DNA of 64,000 nucleotides, taken from Felis catus (Eukaryota). The stretch is taken from contig NC_058368.1 in the NCBI RefSeq assembly GCF_018350175.1, forward strand, positions 117,802,001 through 117,866,000, given 5' to 3'. The position numbers were made by a program, and so were the translations under genes. Below, piece after piece: positions 1-12,634 of this stretch. Each line of letters starts with the position of its first letter. Within the stretch, counting starts at the first letter, position 1. The notes under the pieces were generated by a model. It had not been told where the DNA came from, did no database searches, and saw only the letters and a program-made list of their open reading frames with translations.

Positions 1-180
1 CTTATCAGAAGTATTTACCTTAAATGTCATCCCCAATTACTAGCAATATAATAGGGAATTGTTCTTGAATATAAAGAGTTTGTTGATGTTAGAACAATAA
101 AGTTTATAGTCAGTATACAATTAAAAATCTAAGACTATGTACAGTAGAAAATTCCTAGTCCTCACAAACTTTGGCTATTT

Positions 181-403
181 ATTTTTTTTTAAGTTTATTT
201 ATTTATTTTTGAGACAGAGAAAGAGAGAAAGAATGAGAGAAAGAACCAATAGGGGAGGGGCAGAAAGAGTGGGGGACAGAGCCTCTGAAGCTGGCTCTGT
301 GCTGACAGCAGACAGCCCAACACAGGGCCTGAACCCACGAACCTCGAGATCATGACCTGAGCTGAAGTTGGGCACTCAACCGACTGAGGAACCCAGGCAC
401 CCC
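181..403 (-). mobile_element. Can-SINE (SINEC_Fc-like)
   Basis: tRNA-derived head, (CT)n and A-tail on the minus strand; 17-bp TSD acaaactttggctattt (164-180/404-420). Confidence 0.95.
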
Positions 404-942
404 ACAAACTTTGGCTATTTCTGAATAACAGAGTAAAATGCATACTCAGTTGTTTACCTAAAGAAATGTGCTTATTTATTTTCTGTTAATTATACTGTCT
501 CATCTGGTAGGATTTAGAGTATGCAGAAGTAGTGGGCTGGTAATGAGAGGTTTAAAAATTGCATTATAAGGTAAAAGATTTCGGATTTAGCTCTAAAATT
601 AGAAATAGTAAGTAACATTTAAAGCTAGAGTTTAGGCATTGATCCAGGGTTTTCTGAGACTTACTGTTAATAACTAAAAAAGGGATTTAAAACATAAAGG
701 AATTTTCATGCTGTTTAAATAGGACCCAACCAAGAGAAAAAAAATGAGTGGTGTGAATACTTGTAACATTATGGGTTTCTTGGCTAGTTCAGCATTATTT
801 TCCACATGCTTGTTGTGTTTGTGTGAATTATGACGTGTATTTTGGTACATTTTGTCATGTTTAAGGCTTTTTGGGTCTTTTGTAGGGTTTTTTGTTTTTC
901 CATCCATAGTAAATAGAAACCAAGAATGACTTTTTAAAAAAG

Positions 943-1161
943 TTTTTTTTTTTTAATGTTTATTTTTGAGAGAGAGAGAGAGAGAGACAGAGCATGAGTG
1001 GGAAATGGGCAGAGAGAGAGGGAGATACAGAATTCAAAGCAGGCTCCAGGCTCTGAGCTGTCAGCACAAAGCCCGATGTGGGTCCTGAACTCACAAGCGT
1101 GAGATCATGACTTGATCTGAAGTCGGATGCTTAACCAACTGACCCACCAAGGCACCCCCCC
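943..1161 (-). mobile_element. Can-SINE
   Basis: reverse complement of the GGGGTGCC..GGTG..TCAGTTGGTTAAG head, (GA)n, poly-T. Confidence 0.93.
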
Positions 1162-1282
1162 CTCCGAAGAATGATGTTTAAGTGCCTTTAGGTACTGCCA
1201 TCCAGTACATTTGTGAATGTTGCCCCTTACTTAGGCCTAATCATAGCTCTGACTCTGCTGTTGCTTAAAAACAGCTCATTTC

Positions 1283-1392
1283 AGGTTGTTTGGGTGGCTC
1301 AGTCAGTTAAGCATCAGACTCTTGATTTCAGCTCAGGTCGTGATCTCACTGTTCGTGAGATCAAGCCCCGTCTTGGGCTCCACTGCTTTGGA

Positions 1393-1430
<38 letters not shown>

Positions 1431-1476
1431 GTCTACCTCTCCCCCCCCCCCCCCCCCCCCCGCAATAAATAAATAA
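1283..1476 (+). mobile_element. Can-SINE with an expanded poly-C run
   Basis: tgggtggctcagtcagttaagc head; TSD cagctcattt on both sides. Confidence 0.9.
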
Positions 1477-1639
1477 CCCCAGCTCATTTTTCAATGGAAG
1501 ACCATCTTTAGAACAACTCAGGGGAGACGAGTGATGAGGCCTTTTTGCTGGGGTGTGAACTCAATAAGAATTTAAACCTGCAGGGTGTAAGTGTCTTTAA
1601 AGTATCTTCTTTTCCCTACTCATTAGGAATATAAATTCC

Positions 1640-1863
1640 ACTTCCAGGAAGTCTTCCTGTCTCTTAGGCCCCAGAGGTCCCTATCATCTAACTCCCATGG
1701 TACCCTGGACTTCACTGCAACACTCACTTCACTGGAGTCCCTTTTATGCTGGGTTTCCTCACTAGAATGTGAGCTCGAGGAGGTCCTCATTGCATCTGCC
1801 TTGTTTCCCACTATATTCCTCATGTCTGGCACACAGTGGAACTCATCAGGTGAATAAATGAGT
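1640..1863 (+). mobile_element. L2 3'-end fragment
   Basis: actagaatgtgagctc...cctcatgtctggcacacagt...tgaataaatgagtg resembles the L2 3' terminus. Confidence 0.7.
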
Positions 1864-1912
1864 GCCCCAATCTGTGAACTGTTGGAACAACTCTACCCAT
1901 TAAAATAAGAGA

Positions 1913-2360
1913 GGGGCACCTTAGTGGCTCAGTTGGTTAAGCGTCCGACTTCAACTCAGGTCATGATCTCACAGCTCATGAGTTCCAGCTGCGTGTCCAG
2001 CTGTGCTGACAGGTTGGCGCCTGGAGCCTCTTTTCAGATTCTGTGTCTCCTCCTCTCTCTGTCCCTCCCCTGCTAGCACTGTGTCTGTCTCTCTCTCAAA
2101 AATAAACAAACATTGGAACGCCTGGGTGGCTCAGTTGGTTGAGCATCCAAGTTTGGCTCAGGTCATGATCTCACAGTTTGTGGGTTTGAGCCCCACATAG
2201 GGCTCTGTGCTGACAGCTCGGAGCCTGGAGCCTGCTTCAGATTCTGTGTCTGCCTGTCTCTCTGCCCCTTCCCCACTCGTGTGTGCTATCTGTCTCTCTC
2301 TCTCAAAAGTAAAAATAAACATTAAAAAATTTTCTTTTAAAAAACATTAATAAAAAAAAC
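1913..2360 (+). mobile_element. Two nested Can-SINEs (second, 2115-~2335, inserted in the tail of the first)
   Basis: two heads at 1913 and 2115; aaacatt repeated either side of the inner copy. Confidence 0.9.
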
Positions 2361-3790
2361 TTGTTAAATTCAAGTTTGCTTCTCCTAGAACTACAGCTGT
2401 GTATGATTTCTGTATGGGAGATTCCTTAAACTGTTGTTTAGGTAAAATACCATGTATTTCTTTCTCATAGCAACAGTATAGATAGGACACAGTGGAATGT
2501 AGTAAGGAGTCATCACAGCCTTTATGTTAGATGTGCTGTATTTCACTGGCTGAATCTGGAGGACAAAACATTATTAGCATCTATTTGTAGGTACATATTA
2601 AAAAAATAGAAAGTGATCAAGGCCAAGAGGTACCACAGCAAATTGTGATATGCAAAGTGGGAATGTAGAAGAGTTTTAGGGTCCTTTTAGGGACCCATGA
2701 CAGAGTCTGCTTAGAGTATGCAGTGGAACATGGGTAATAAGGAAAGTGGGAGCCAGGGCACAATGGAGCGGATGAGGGGCGGTGGAAAGAGAAAGGCCAC
2801 GGGATTTTCAGATGATTGGATTATTCCTCTCTCAGGGCTGGAGACCTGGGTGGTTTTAGGTAGTTTTGTACTAAACTCAGTACTTTATATGGCATGCATA
2901 GGTAATTGTATAATTCTATTTGGAAAAAAAAAAAATGCCATTTAAATCTTATTTAGAGATAAGTGAAATTGATCAGAATTGTCAAGAAAAGAATCAGTCC
3001 CAACAGGTATTTATTATCTGTCATAGACACACAATCGGAGGATCCCCCTACCCACCACACGGAATAGCATAGTAGGGAGAGAGCCAAAGGTGCCACTGCT
3101 TTCCAAACCTGCGTGCCTGTCCGTATCCCCTACAACCAGGATTCTGTGACAGGTTGGGCTTAGGTTCCCACTGACCTTGTTCATAAAAGAGACTGGGCAT
3201 CTTTCCAACACTAGGCCCAAAGTGACTATGACCCTTATTCTCTCAGAGGGTCTCAGGAGAGAGCCTGAAGATCCCTGAGCCTCAGGGATGTTGCAGGGAT
3301 GGCTGCGCAGGAAAGATTCCCAGGGACAGAAAAGAGGAACATTGAAAACACATTTTGGAACCAAGTAACCAACTTGATAGCCTTATAGATATGCCCCGCT
3401 TACAGTTCTGGTGTGCATCCCAGCCCCGATTTGTTTGTTGGCAGAGCCACATTGATGGCCATAGATATCCCCCAAAGTGTAAAAACATATATACTTAGGG
3501 ATTCTGTTGTTTACCAAGTTATTCTTCACACAGATGGTGGTCACTAAATACTTCTTGCAGGTGGTTACCTCTCTTTTTTTCCACCCAGTAGTATTTTATT
3601 TTAAACACATTTCTTGATGGAGCCTAAACTTAAGACCAGCACATAGAAAATAAGCCAGGGTTGGGAAGCCTAAACAGTGAGGTCCTGGGTTCATCCCAGA
3701 GTGTGGAGCCTCCATAGTCATAGTGGGTGTTTTTTGTCATTTTTGTTTTTGGTTGGAAATAGTATTAGTACATGATTCTAAAGTGATGAA

Positions 3791-3824
3791 TTTTTTTAAT
3801 TAAAAATATTTTCTAATGTTTATT

Positions 3825-3863
<39 letters not shown>

Positions 3864-4038
3864 ACCCTAATGGAGGAGGGGCAGAGAGAGACCGAAGAGA
3901 CACAGAATCTGAGGCAGGCTCCATCCAGGCTCTGAGCTGTCAGCACAGAGCCCAATGCAGGGCTCAAACTCATGGACCGTGAGATCATGACCTGAGTTGA
4001 AATTGGATGCCCAACCAACTGAGCCACCCAGGAGCCCC
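3791..4038 (-). mobile_element. Can-SINE
   Basis: TSD aaagtg(a/g)tgaatttt. Confidence 0.93.
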
Positions 4039-4556
4039 GAAAGTGGTGAATTTTAATGGAGCAAAAAACTTTACTTGGAAATGTTTGGTTTTTTTATCCT
4101 CACCAAAGAGAAAATGGGGGTTTCTGAGACCGTTGGAATTTCTTTGCTCTGTTATCTCTTCCCCTGGTGTGGGATGATCAAATTCCACATTTCCAGGTTG
4201 CTAGGAGACAGGCAGCCTATCTTGTAGATATTGGCACGTAAGATCTCTTTATTCTTTGGACTTCTGTATTTCTCAGAATTGTCATGCTTCTTTTCTAAAC
4301 CCTAAATTATGCAGAGACAACATGATTATATGACCCAGCTCAGGAAATATAAAGCGGGTCAAAAATACCAAGCTAAGTTTAAATAAAGAACATTACTGGC
4401 TGCAGTATATTAAGGCATCATTCTTGCAAAGTCCATATTTGCCTCTCTTTGCTGCTGACTCTTTTGTGACATTTTCAGGGCACAAAAGTGGTTATGCAGG
4501 AGTAGGCTGAGAATACCCTATCTAGAGATTCATATAATGTTAAAAGTATTGCAAAT

Positions 4557-4770
4557 GGGGGCACCTGTGTGGCTTAGTGGGTTGAGCCTCTGACTTCGGC
4601 TCAGATCATGATCTTGCAGTTCATGAGTTTGAGCCCCGTGTCGGGCTCGCTGCTGTCAGCGTGGAGCCTGGTTTGGATCTTCTGTCCCCCTCTCCCTCTG
4701 CCCTTTCCCCACTTGTGTGCATGATTTCTCTCTCTCTCTCTCTCAAAAACATAAATCATTAAAAAAAAAA
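4557..4770 (+). mobile_element. Can-SINE
   Basis: TSD aaaagtattgcaa (4542-4554/4769-4781). Confidence 0.94.
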
Positions 4771-4841
4771 AAGTATTGCAAGTGAACCTTGGCCCCAGGA
4801 ACTCAATTTATGTGTTCTTAAAAAATAGTGTCTCAGTGTCA

Positions 4842-5292
4842 TTTTTTTTTTCTTTTTCTTTTTTTTTTTTTTTTTAATTTGTGTGTGAGAGAGAGAGCTT
4901 GAGCAGGGGAGGAGCAGAAGGAGAGGGAGAGAGAATTCCAGGGGTGCCTGGGTGGCTCAGACTGACTTTGGCTCAGGTCATGATCTCAAGATTAATGGGT
5001 TCCAGTCCCACATCAGGCTCTGCACTGACATCATGCAGCCTGCTTCAGATTCTCTGTCTCTCTCTCTCTCCCTCTCTCTCTCTGCTCCTTCCCTGGTCTC
5101 TCTCTCTCTCAAGTAAATAAATAAGCTTAACAAAAAAGTGAGAGAGAGAGGGAGAGAGAGAGAATCCCAAGCAGGCTCTGTGCTGTCACCAGGGAGCCTG
5201 ATGCAGGACTGCATTCCACAAACCTTGAGATCATGACCTGAGCTGAAATTAAGAGTCAGACACTTAACTGCCTGAGCCACCCAGGTGCTCCC
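4842..5292. mobile_element. Minus-strand Can-SINE interrupted by a plus-strand Can-SINE (4941-~5140)
   Basis: gagagagaat(t/c)cca duplicated on both sides of the inner element. Confidence 0.88.
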
Positions 5293-5547
5293 AGTAACTC
5301 TATTTAAATAATTTACTGATGGGGGGTGGGGAGGTCCTAGGATTATGTGGCTTTACTATAGCTATTTTGCCCTATATGCTTTCCTTAAAAGGAAAATTCA
5401 TCTTACATTACCATACAGTTTTTTGGGGACGGCCTTAAGTTTAACGTTAGAGTACTAGGGTTCAAAAAAAATGTGCCTAGATGGTAGATGTTGATAATTT
5501 GGCACCAGAATTCTGAAATTGAATACATTGCAATATGTTTAAAAAAG

Positions 5548-5593
5548 TTTTTATTTATTTATTTTGAGAGAGACAGAGCAAGTGGAGAGGGAC

Positions 5594-5646
<53 letters not shown>

Positions 5647-5772
5647 CCCAAGCAGGCTCCTCACTGTCAGCTTGGAGCCTGATGTGGGGCTCGACCCCAT
5701 GAAACTCAAGATTGTGACCTGAGTTGAAACAAACAGTTGGACGCTTAACCAACTGAGCCACCCAGGCACTCC
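5548..5772 (-). mobile_element. Can-SINE
   Basis: TSD tgaatacattgca. Confidence 0.93.
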
Positions 5773-6901
5773 TGAATACATTGCAGTATTAATCAGAAGT
5801 TTTTTGTTGGCTTCTGATTTTGAATGGCATAGGGATTGGAGACTGAGATGGTTAGTTAAAATTTAAGGAATTCGGGAGCTCTGCTTCATGTTACCACCGG
5901 TCAGGCTCTCTGTTTTCCTGTCTGAATTCAACGTAGAGTTTTTTGTAGCAGTTGGTTTAGAAGGGTGTGTGTTTTGGGAGTGGCTCAGTTGGTTCCCTGT
6001 ATCATGATGGCCCACAACAGGACCCAGACCCCTGAGTCAGTTACATCGATAAATACGGTTATTACTTTACAGATGGACTCCCATTCTCAGGCAGTTCATC
6101 TTTTTTAAATGAGCTGTAGTTTATTGTCACACTCTAAGAATTAAATCTAATGTCTTTGTTCTATGAAGATGAGTTTGAGTAGATCGTCCAGACTGGCAAT
6201 GACAGGAAGACACCCTTTTCATTGTGAGTTATTTGGAGTAACTGGGGTTGTAGATTTGACCGAGAAAGTCTCTGAGATAGGGAAGAGGGAGATTGACTGA
6301 CAGAGGTTATTTGTAGAATTATGTAGAATTTAATGTTTTCGTAAAGGTCTTAATTACTTAAGATTTAATTTCTATGTGCAGACTGAATATAATGGTAAAC
6401 CTTGGTTTGGTATGATTTAGCTTTGTTTCAACAGATGATTATTGGATTGTTTTTCTAACTTAAAAAATTACATGAGTGGTAAATGTTCATTACCAAAAAT
6501 TCAGTATACATATAAACAAGAAAAAGGAAAATTTCCCTTATGATTGTATCAGTTAGAGGTAAACATTGTAAACTGTAGATGTCTATCATTCTAACTTTCT
6601 TGTCTTCACTTAACTGTCTTTCAAAAGCAAATTATGTTTTGCCTGCTATTTGGTAAATTTTGCTTTTTTTCATGTACAGCATAAATATCCATTCAAGCCA
6701 TCACATTTTATTTTTATGGGTGCTTAGTAATCCTTTGTGAGATGACCTATAATTTATTTAAAAGTCCCTCATGATTGGAATTTAGGTTGTTTCTATATTT
6801 TGCCGCAGTAACATTAATATCTACCCTTTTGCCCCTTTATTTCCTTAGGATAAATTCCTGAGAGTAGAGTACTTTGTTTCTTGCTTTAAAAAATATATAT
6901 A

Positions 6902-7109
6902 TTTTTTAAATTTTTTTCAGTGAGAGAGCAAGAAAGAGCACGAGTGGGGGAGGGGCAGAGAGAGAGAGGGAGACAAAGAATCCAAAGCAGGCTCCAGGCT
7001 CTGAGCTGACAACACAGAGCTTGATGCGCGGCTCGAACTCACAAGCCGTGAGTGAGATCATGACCTGAACTGAAGTGGGAGGCTCAACTGACTGAGCCAC
7101 CCAGGCTCC
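6902..7109 (-). mobile_element. Can-SINE about 160 bp upstream of exon 2, inside an old L1M-like remnant
   Basis: TSD gagagtaga(g/a)tactttgt. Confidence 0.92.
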
Positions 7110-7269
7110 TGAGAGTAGAATACTTTGTAAAGGATTCGTACGTTTTAAGATTTTTGAAACACATTGCCAGATAGCTTTCCAGAAAGCTATTCCAGAAAGG
7201 CCATTCCAGTTTTCAGTTTCTTCTCTAATTGGCTTTATACTTGGATTAAAATGTGGAATTTTTATTTAG

Positions 7270-7357
7270 TTGCAGAATGAGGAAGAGCCTGGAGAGCCAG
7301 AACAGGCTGTAGGTGACGCTCCTCCACCTTACAGCAGCATCTCTGCAGAGAGTGCAG
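7270..7357 (+). CDS. NDFIP1: NDFIP1 coding exon 2 (88 nt): LQNEEEPGEPEQAVGDAPPPYSSISAESA, contains PY motif 1 (PPPY)
   Basis: tttatttag|TTGCAG acceptor and GCAG|gtaggt donor; translation matches the recalled NDFIP1 N-terminal region; phase 1 end joins exon 3 (G+CA=Ala). Confidence 0.97.
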
Positions 7358-9929
7358 GTAGGTAACCCGCAAGGTGACTCTTGAACTCATGAAATGCACT
7401 TAGCCAGAGACTTGTCCAGTGTGTGTTTGTCTTTGCTTTTGCTTCAGCTTTCCTTAAGAAGTCTTTGACGTTGTTTGTAGTTTGTAGCCGGAAGTGGAAA
7501 AAACTCATGTTACTTTTCTGAAAAACACTTAAAACCCCATCTCAGTATGTCTTTTTTATGGAACTCCATTTCATTCCAATAGGCCCTTCATAAAAAGGAA
7601 GTAGAAATTCAGGAACTAGGTGATCACCTGATTTTTTGTTCTTTTTGTAGTTTCCTCATTAATTGTTTTGCTCTTTGTGATTTTAGTGCCTGCGACCTGG
7701 AACATAGTACATTTGATTGATTTGTGCTAGTAAATTCTTAATTTAAAAGAAAAAAACCTAAAAGTCTCTCAGTTCTTTCATAATATTCCTCATAGTTCAA
7801 GCCCTCCTTGAATAATCTTTTGTCTTCACATTTTACGCCGAATTATCTATTTAATTTTCACATATATACATAGAAGGGATGGGGAAAAAGAAAGAAAATC
7901 TCAACAGTTGAGGACTTTTGGTAGTTTAAAGCTTCCTGATAAGCAGTTCTGCTTTAATTGCTGAAAATGGACCAGTTTTGATGGAACCTCTTCATTTTCT
8001 CTAAGAGAGAAATGTGGCATGAAATCGTGCATGGTGCCACCATTGAACCCATCCTACTGCCAGGGTAGATAGGCAAGTTGAAGACAGCATTTATCCCAAA
8101 GAGCCTCATAGTCCTTTTCAATACAGTATTTGGGCACTATTGTCAGTTGATGAGGGCTTACTTTGGTTGGTAGTCTCTGGGGCCCTGAGGCTGCCGTTTA
8201 ATTAAGAAGAACACAGGTCAGAAAGTTTTTTCCCTCTACTCTGGCTTCAAATTTTGAACTCTGTATCCTTGTATTAAGATTCTTTTATTTATAAGCATCT
8301 AAAACTAACAATGCTAACTTCCGGTTTTTGAGGAATTGCAGGGTGTCTCCTTGAATCAAATTAAGATGAAAACACCAAGACTTGGGAAAGAATTGCAAAG
8401 CCATGCCGTAGTTACTCATTTCTACCCAGACTATAAGTACTAGTTATCCATTAAATACATCCACTGAAAATTTAACTCATTAATAAGAAATTTGGTTCCT
8501 GTTTTTTTAATGATAAAAGTCTTTTATATTTAGCTACCCAGAATTATTAAGAGGTAATTTTTTTCCTGAATATCTGAGTTTGTACTTTCTGTAATTGTAA
8601 AAAGTTAGAACCATTTTTGAGACAAATCTTTTTCAAACACTTCCCTCCCTTATTCACTTATATCTCATATTCTTTGTTTACATTTTTTCTTATGATTTAG
8701 GGATTGCAACCAGACACATTATCTGGAAGATATTCTGTTCCATACTATAGTGATGCCTTTATTCATTGACATTTGTAGAACTTTGATTCAAGAATCAGAT
8801 TCTCCCTTAGCTGTCAGATGGTATTTCCCATAGCTGTCCTTACAGAAATCCCTTTAATCTTTCTCTTTTGTTGTTGTTAATCTTGCTGTGGCCCGCAACA
8901 GCAAAAAACAAAGCTTCTTGAGATTGGGTATAAAGTAGAGGTAAACTACTTTTAGAATAGAGCCTGAAGAATACTCTTGTGAATAAAGTCTTTGGATTTT
9001 ATAGCATTTCGTCTAACTACACAGAAGCCTTTAAAACAAACAAACAAATAAAATACATAAGTAATACATAAAAATAAAATAAAATAAACACCCAAACTTT
9101 TAACTTCCTGAGTCTCTACTGAGCTCTTTGAGTTTCAGATGAGTGAAGTTTCAGGGAAATCTTTTTTAGGGATCATAAGTTACTCAAGAACATTAATTTT
9201 TTGTGTATGAACTGGGGTTTTCCATTTTGACTTTTTTTTTTAAAAAGGAAACCTCTAAAATGGTATAAATGGCCTTTTCCCCCTTTGTTGTTAAATTAAC
9301 ATTGCTTATTTTTTTTTCAGATAAATGCTATGTGTACCTGTTACTCCATTTATGAGGAAAATGATTAGAAACAATATGACACATGCATGTTGGTAGGGAA
9401 AAAAAAGAGCACAAGTCATTATTTCGCACACTCTACGTATTTTAATTTGTGATATATAAATTGAACAGTCTAACAAATATTGGTTGTTGTTGTTCTGAAT
9501 GTATTAAATAAACTTGAAAGATTGTCACTAAACTTTTCTTGGTAACTTAAAATGATGTGAGTATGTATATTGATGGATCCCATTACAAAATATTTTGAAA
9601 TAGGGAAATACACATGTTAATTTTCTTCAACTTAAGGTGGTAGGTATCAGTTTTATTCATGTATTCAGAATTACTATGGCAGTAGGCTAATTTAAATTGT
9701 ACATTTCTGTTTGTAATAACTTAGACTTGAGAAATAAAAAGAAATTTGATAGAAGATTATGCAGTGTTTTATAATGTATGTATCACATTAATTATATATG
9801 TATGTATTACATTAATGTATATATTATAATGTATGTGTGTGCATGTATCTTAAATAGTAATTTTGACATGGAAAAAAACAAGTTCTTTAAATTGGGTTAG
9901 GTGGCAGCTTTAGTTTCAATAACACATTT

Positions 9930-11340
9930 TCCTATATTTTCTTCTAAAAGCTTTAATATTTTATTTTCATATGTAGATTTATATTCCATCTGATATTGTT
10001 TTTTTCTGTATAGTGTAAGATAGTGGTCAAGATGAATTTGTTTTTCTGTATGGATCAGCAGTTGGTACAGCAGCATTTATTAAAAAGACCATTCTTTCTT
10101 CCCTGCCCTACAGTGTCACCTTTGTTGTAAATCAGATGACCATATATGTGTGGATCTCTTTCTGGACTCAGTATTCTAATGTTTATTTATTTTTGAGAGA
10201 GAGCGACATAGAGTGAGCAGGGGAGGGGCAGAGAGAGGGAGACACAGAATCCGAAGTGGGGTCCAGGTTCCAAGCTGTCAGCATGGAGCCTGACACAGAG
10301 CTTGAACCCACGCATGAACCGTGAGATCGTGACCTGAACCAAAGTTGAATGCTTAACCGACTGAACCACCCAGGCACCCCTGGACTCATTTTTTTGTTCT
10401 TTGGTCTGTTTATTTATCCTTGTGCCCATCCCCTACTATTTTAATTGTAGAGCTTTATAATCTTGATATCTGGTAATGTAGGTCCTTCACACTTAACTGC
10501 GCTTCAAGATTGCTTTGGTTTTTCTTGGCCTTTTGCATATATATACATTTTACAATTGAATAGGCTTGTCAGTTTCCATAATCTGTAACAAAAGAAAACA
10601 GTAATTCTGCTAGAATTCTAGTTAGAATTGCACTGAATCTGGGATCAGTTTGAAGAGCATTAACATCTTTATAATACTGCTTCCAGTCTGTAAACATGAT
10701 ATATCTCTCCATGTAATTAAGATCTTATTTAATTTCTCTCAGTAGTATTTTATAGGTTTCAACATTGAGTACTTATATATTTATTACTAGATTTACTTCT
10801 CATGTTGTTGTAAAAAATGGTCCATATATAATTTTACTTTCTGTTTGTTGCTGGTATATGGAAATACAATTGATGATTTATATCTATCCAGAAACTTTGC
10901 TAAATTCATATATTAATTCTAATAGGCTGTCTGTAGGTTCTCTTGAATTTTCTGGGTCTATAATCATGTCATCCATGATTAAGGACAGTTATTTCTTCTC
11001 TTCTAATACTTCTGTCTTGTATTTCCTTTTCTTGCCATATTATATGAACCAGTAGGATCTTTAAGGTAATGTTTGATAGGAAGTAGTGACAGTAGGCATT
11101 TTTGTCTAATTCTAATCTTAGGGGAGAAAGCTTTTAAAAATTTGCAATTAATTATGATATTCACTCTAGGTATTTTGTAGAGACTTATGATCAAATTAAG
11201 GAAGTTTTATTCCTAATTTGCTAAGTGTTTTTATTATCAGTAGGTGTTGAATTGTGTAAAATGCTTTTTGTGTCCATGTGAATACAATAGAATTTTTCTT
11301 TTTTCTGTTAATGAGGTGAATTGTATTGATTGATGATTTC
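9930..11340 (-). mobile_element. Ancient L1M ORF2 fragment (antisense), interrupted by a Can-SINE at 10178-10380
   Basis: cagcatttattaaaaagacc..., aatcttaggggagaaagctttt; minus ORF 11003-11194 reads ...NIIINCKFLKAFSPKIRIRQKCLLSLL, a decayed L1 RT motif (LKAFPLRSGTRQGCPLSPL). Confidence 0.85.
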
Positions 11341-11566
11341 AGTAATATATTACAGTAAAATTGGAAGTTAATTACAATTAACCAGAAGAAAAAGAAGAGA
11401 GAAAAATGTTAACCTTGATGAACTATAGGACTTTTTTCAAAATGTTTGTTTTTTAAAAAAAATGGTGTAGAAATTTAATAGATTTTTAAATATATCTTTT
11501 CTAATAAATATTGAGTTCCTTATCATAGATGTTAATGAGAATGAAGATACATTAAAAAGAGGAAAT

Positions 11567-11810
11567 GGGGGCGCCTGGGTGGCTCAGTCTGTAAGCGTCC
11601 GACTTCAGCTCAGGTCACGATCTCGCGGTCCGTGAGTTCGAGCCCCGCATCGGGCTCTGGGCTGATGGCTCAGAGCCTGGAGCCTGTTTCCGATTCTGTG
11701 TCTCCCTCTCTCTCTGCCCCTCCCCCGTTCATGCTCTGTCTCTCTCTGTCACAAAAATAAATAAAACGTTAAAAAATTAAAAAATAAATAAATAAATAAA
11801 TAAATAAATA
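11567..11810 (+). mobile_element. Young Can-SINE (SINEC_Fc) with (TAAA)n tail
   Basis: CpGs retained; TSD aaaaagaggaaatg. Confidence 0.97.
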
Positions 11811-12369
11811 AAAAGAGGAAATGAAAGATTTAATTCAGATAAATGATGGCTCTGTAACTGAATTAGTTACCTGAACCGATTAGGCACATCATAGAAAACA
11901 GTACCTGGTAAAACTAATGGGTAAGAATCAAAGTGCCAGAATAAACTCGTGAGAAATGAATTTTAACTTTTTTATTAAGTTGGTTTTCCTCTTTATAATT
12001 GGGAGGAAACTATGGTACAGCTTACAGACACACAGGTGATGTATTTTTGGCTTAAATGTTGTCTTTATGCCACTGTTAATACTGAGTGCCTTTGGTGAAC
12101 ATATCAAGTGACAGTTGAAAAAAGTGTTCCAAGGCATTTGGGAGGGAAGGCAAAGTGATTTGAATGAATCTGCTTAAATAATTAAAAGGTGGATGAATTT
12201 AAAAATCATTCTCAATCTCTTATATTCTTATATGAACAGTTTGGTTCAATTATTCTGTATGTACCCTTAGAAGTATGGCTGGTTTTTGTTTTCCAGAGTT
12301 AGTAGAAATCATCTTTTTCCTGCGTTTAGCTAATGGTCAGTTAATTATGACTTCCTTTTTATTCTGCAG

Positions 12370-12500
12370 CATATTTTGACTACAAAGATGAGTCTGGATT
12401 TCCAAAGCCTCCGTCTTACAATGTGGCAACAACACTGCCCAGTTATGATGAAGCTGAGAGAACAAAGGCTGAGGCTACTATCCCCTTGGTTCCTGGAAGA
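12370..12500 (+). CDS. NDFIP1: NDFIP1 coding exon 3 (131 nt): (A)YFDYKDESGFPKPPSYNVATTLPSYDEAERTKAEATIPLVPGR, PY motifs 2 and 3 (PPSY, LPSY)
   Basis: ttttattctgcag|CA acceptor, AGA|gtaagt donor; in frame with exons 2 and 4. Confidence 0.98.
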
Positions 12501-12634
12501 GTAAGTCCAAATTACCATGTTACTTGCTGGCTGCTTTAAGGGAATTAGGGTCTCTTCATTACCCACTTTTTTTTTTTTCATTACCCACTTTTGATGTATT
12601 GCTTATGATTGTACTAATTCATAAACGTACAGTT

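Noticed and set aside
1440..1461. C22 homopolymer (G-quadruplex potential on the minus strand)
   Set aside because: It is an expansion of the SINE's internal CCCCTCCCC segment; length is error-prone and nothing indicates function.
2990..3480. GC-richer block with a 116-aa minus ORF, possibly an old LTR (similar block at about 23640-24120)
   Set aside because: I could not assign a family or protein similarity by eye; it needs a Dfam search.
7171..7200. Small palindrome atagcttt-ccag-aaagctat with TTCCAGAA twice (heat-shock-element-like)
   Set aside because: The spacing between the dyads does not fit an HSE. It looks like a short local duplication inside a decayed L1.
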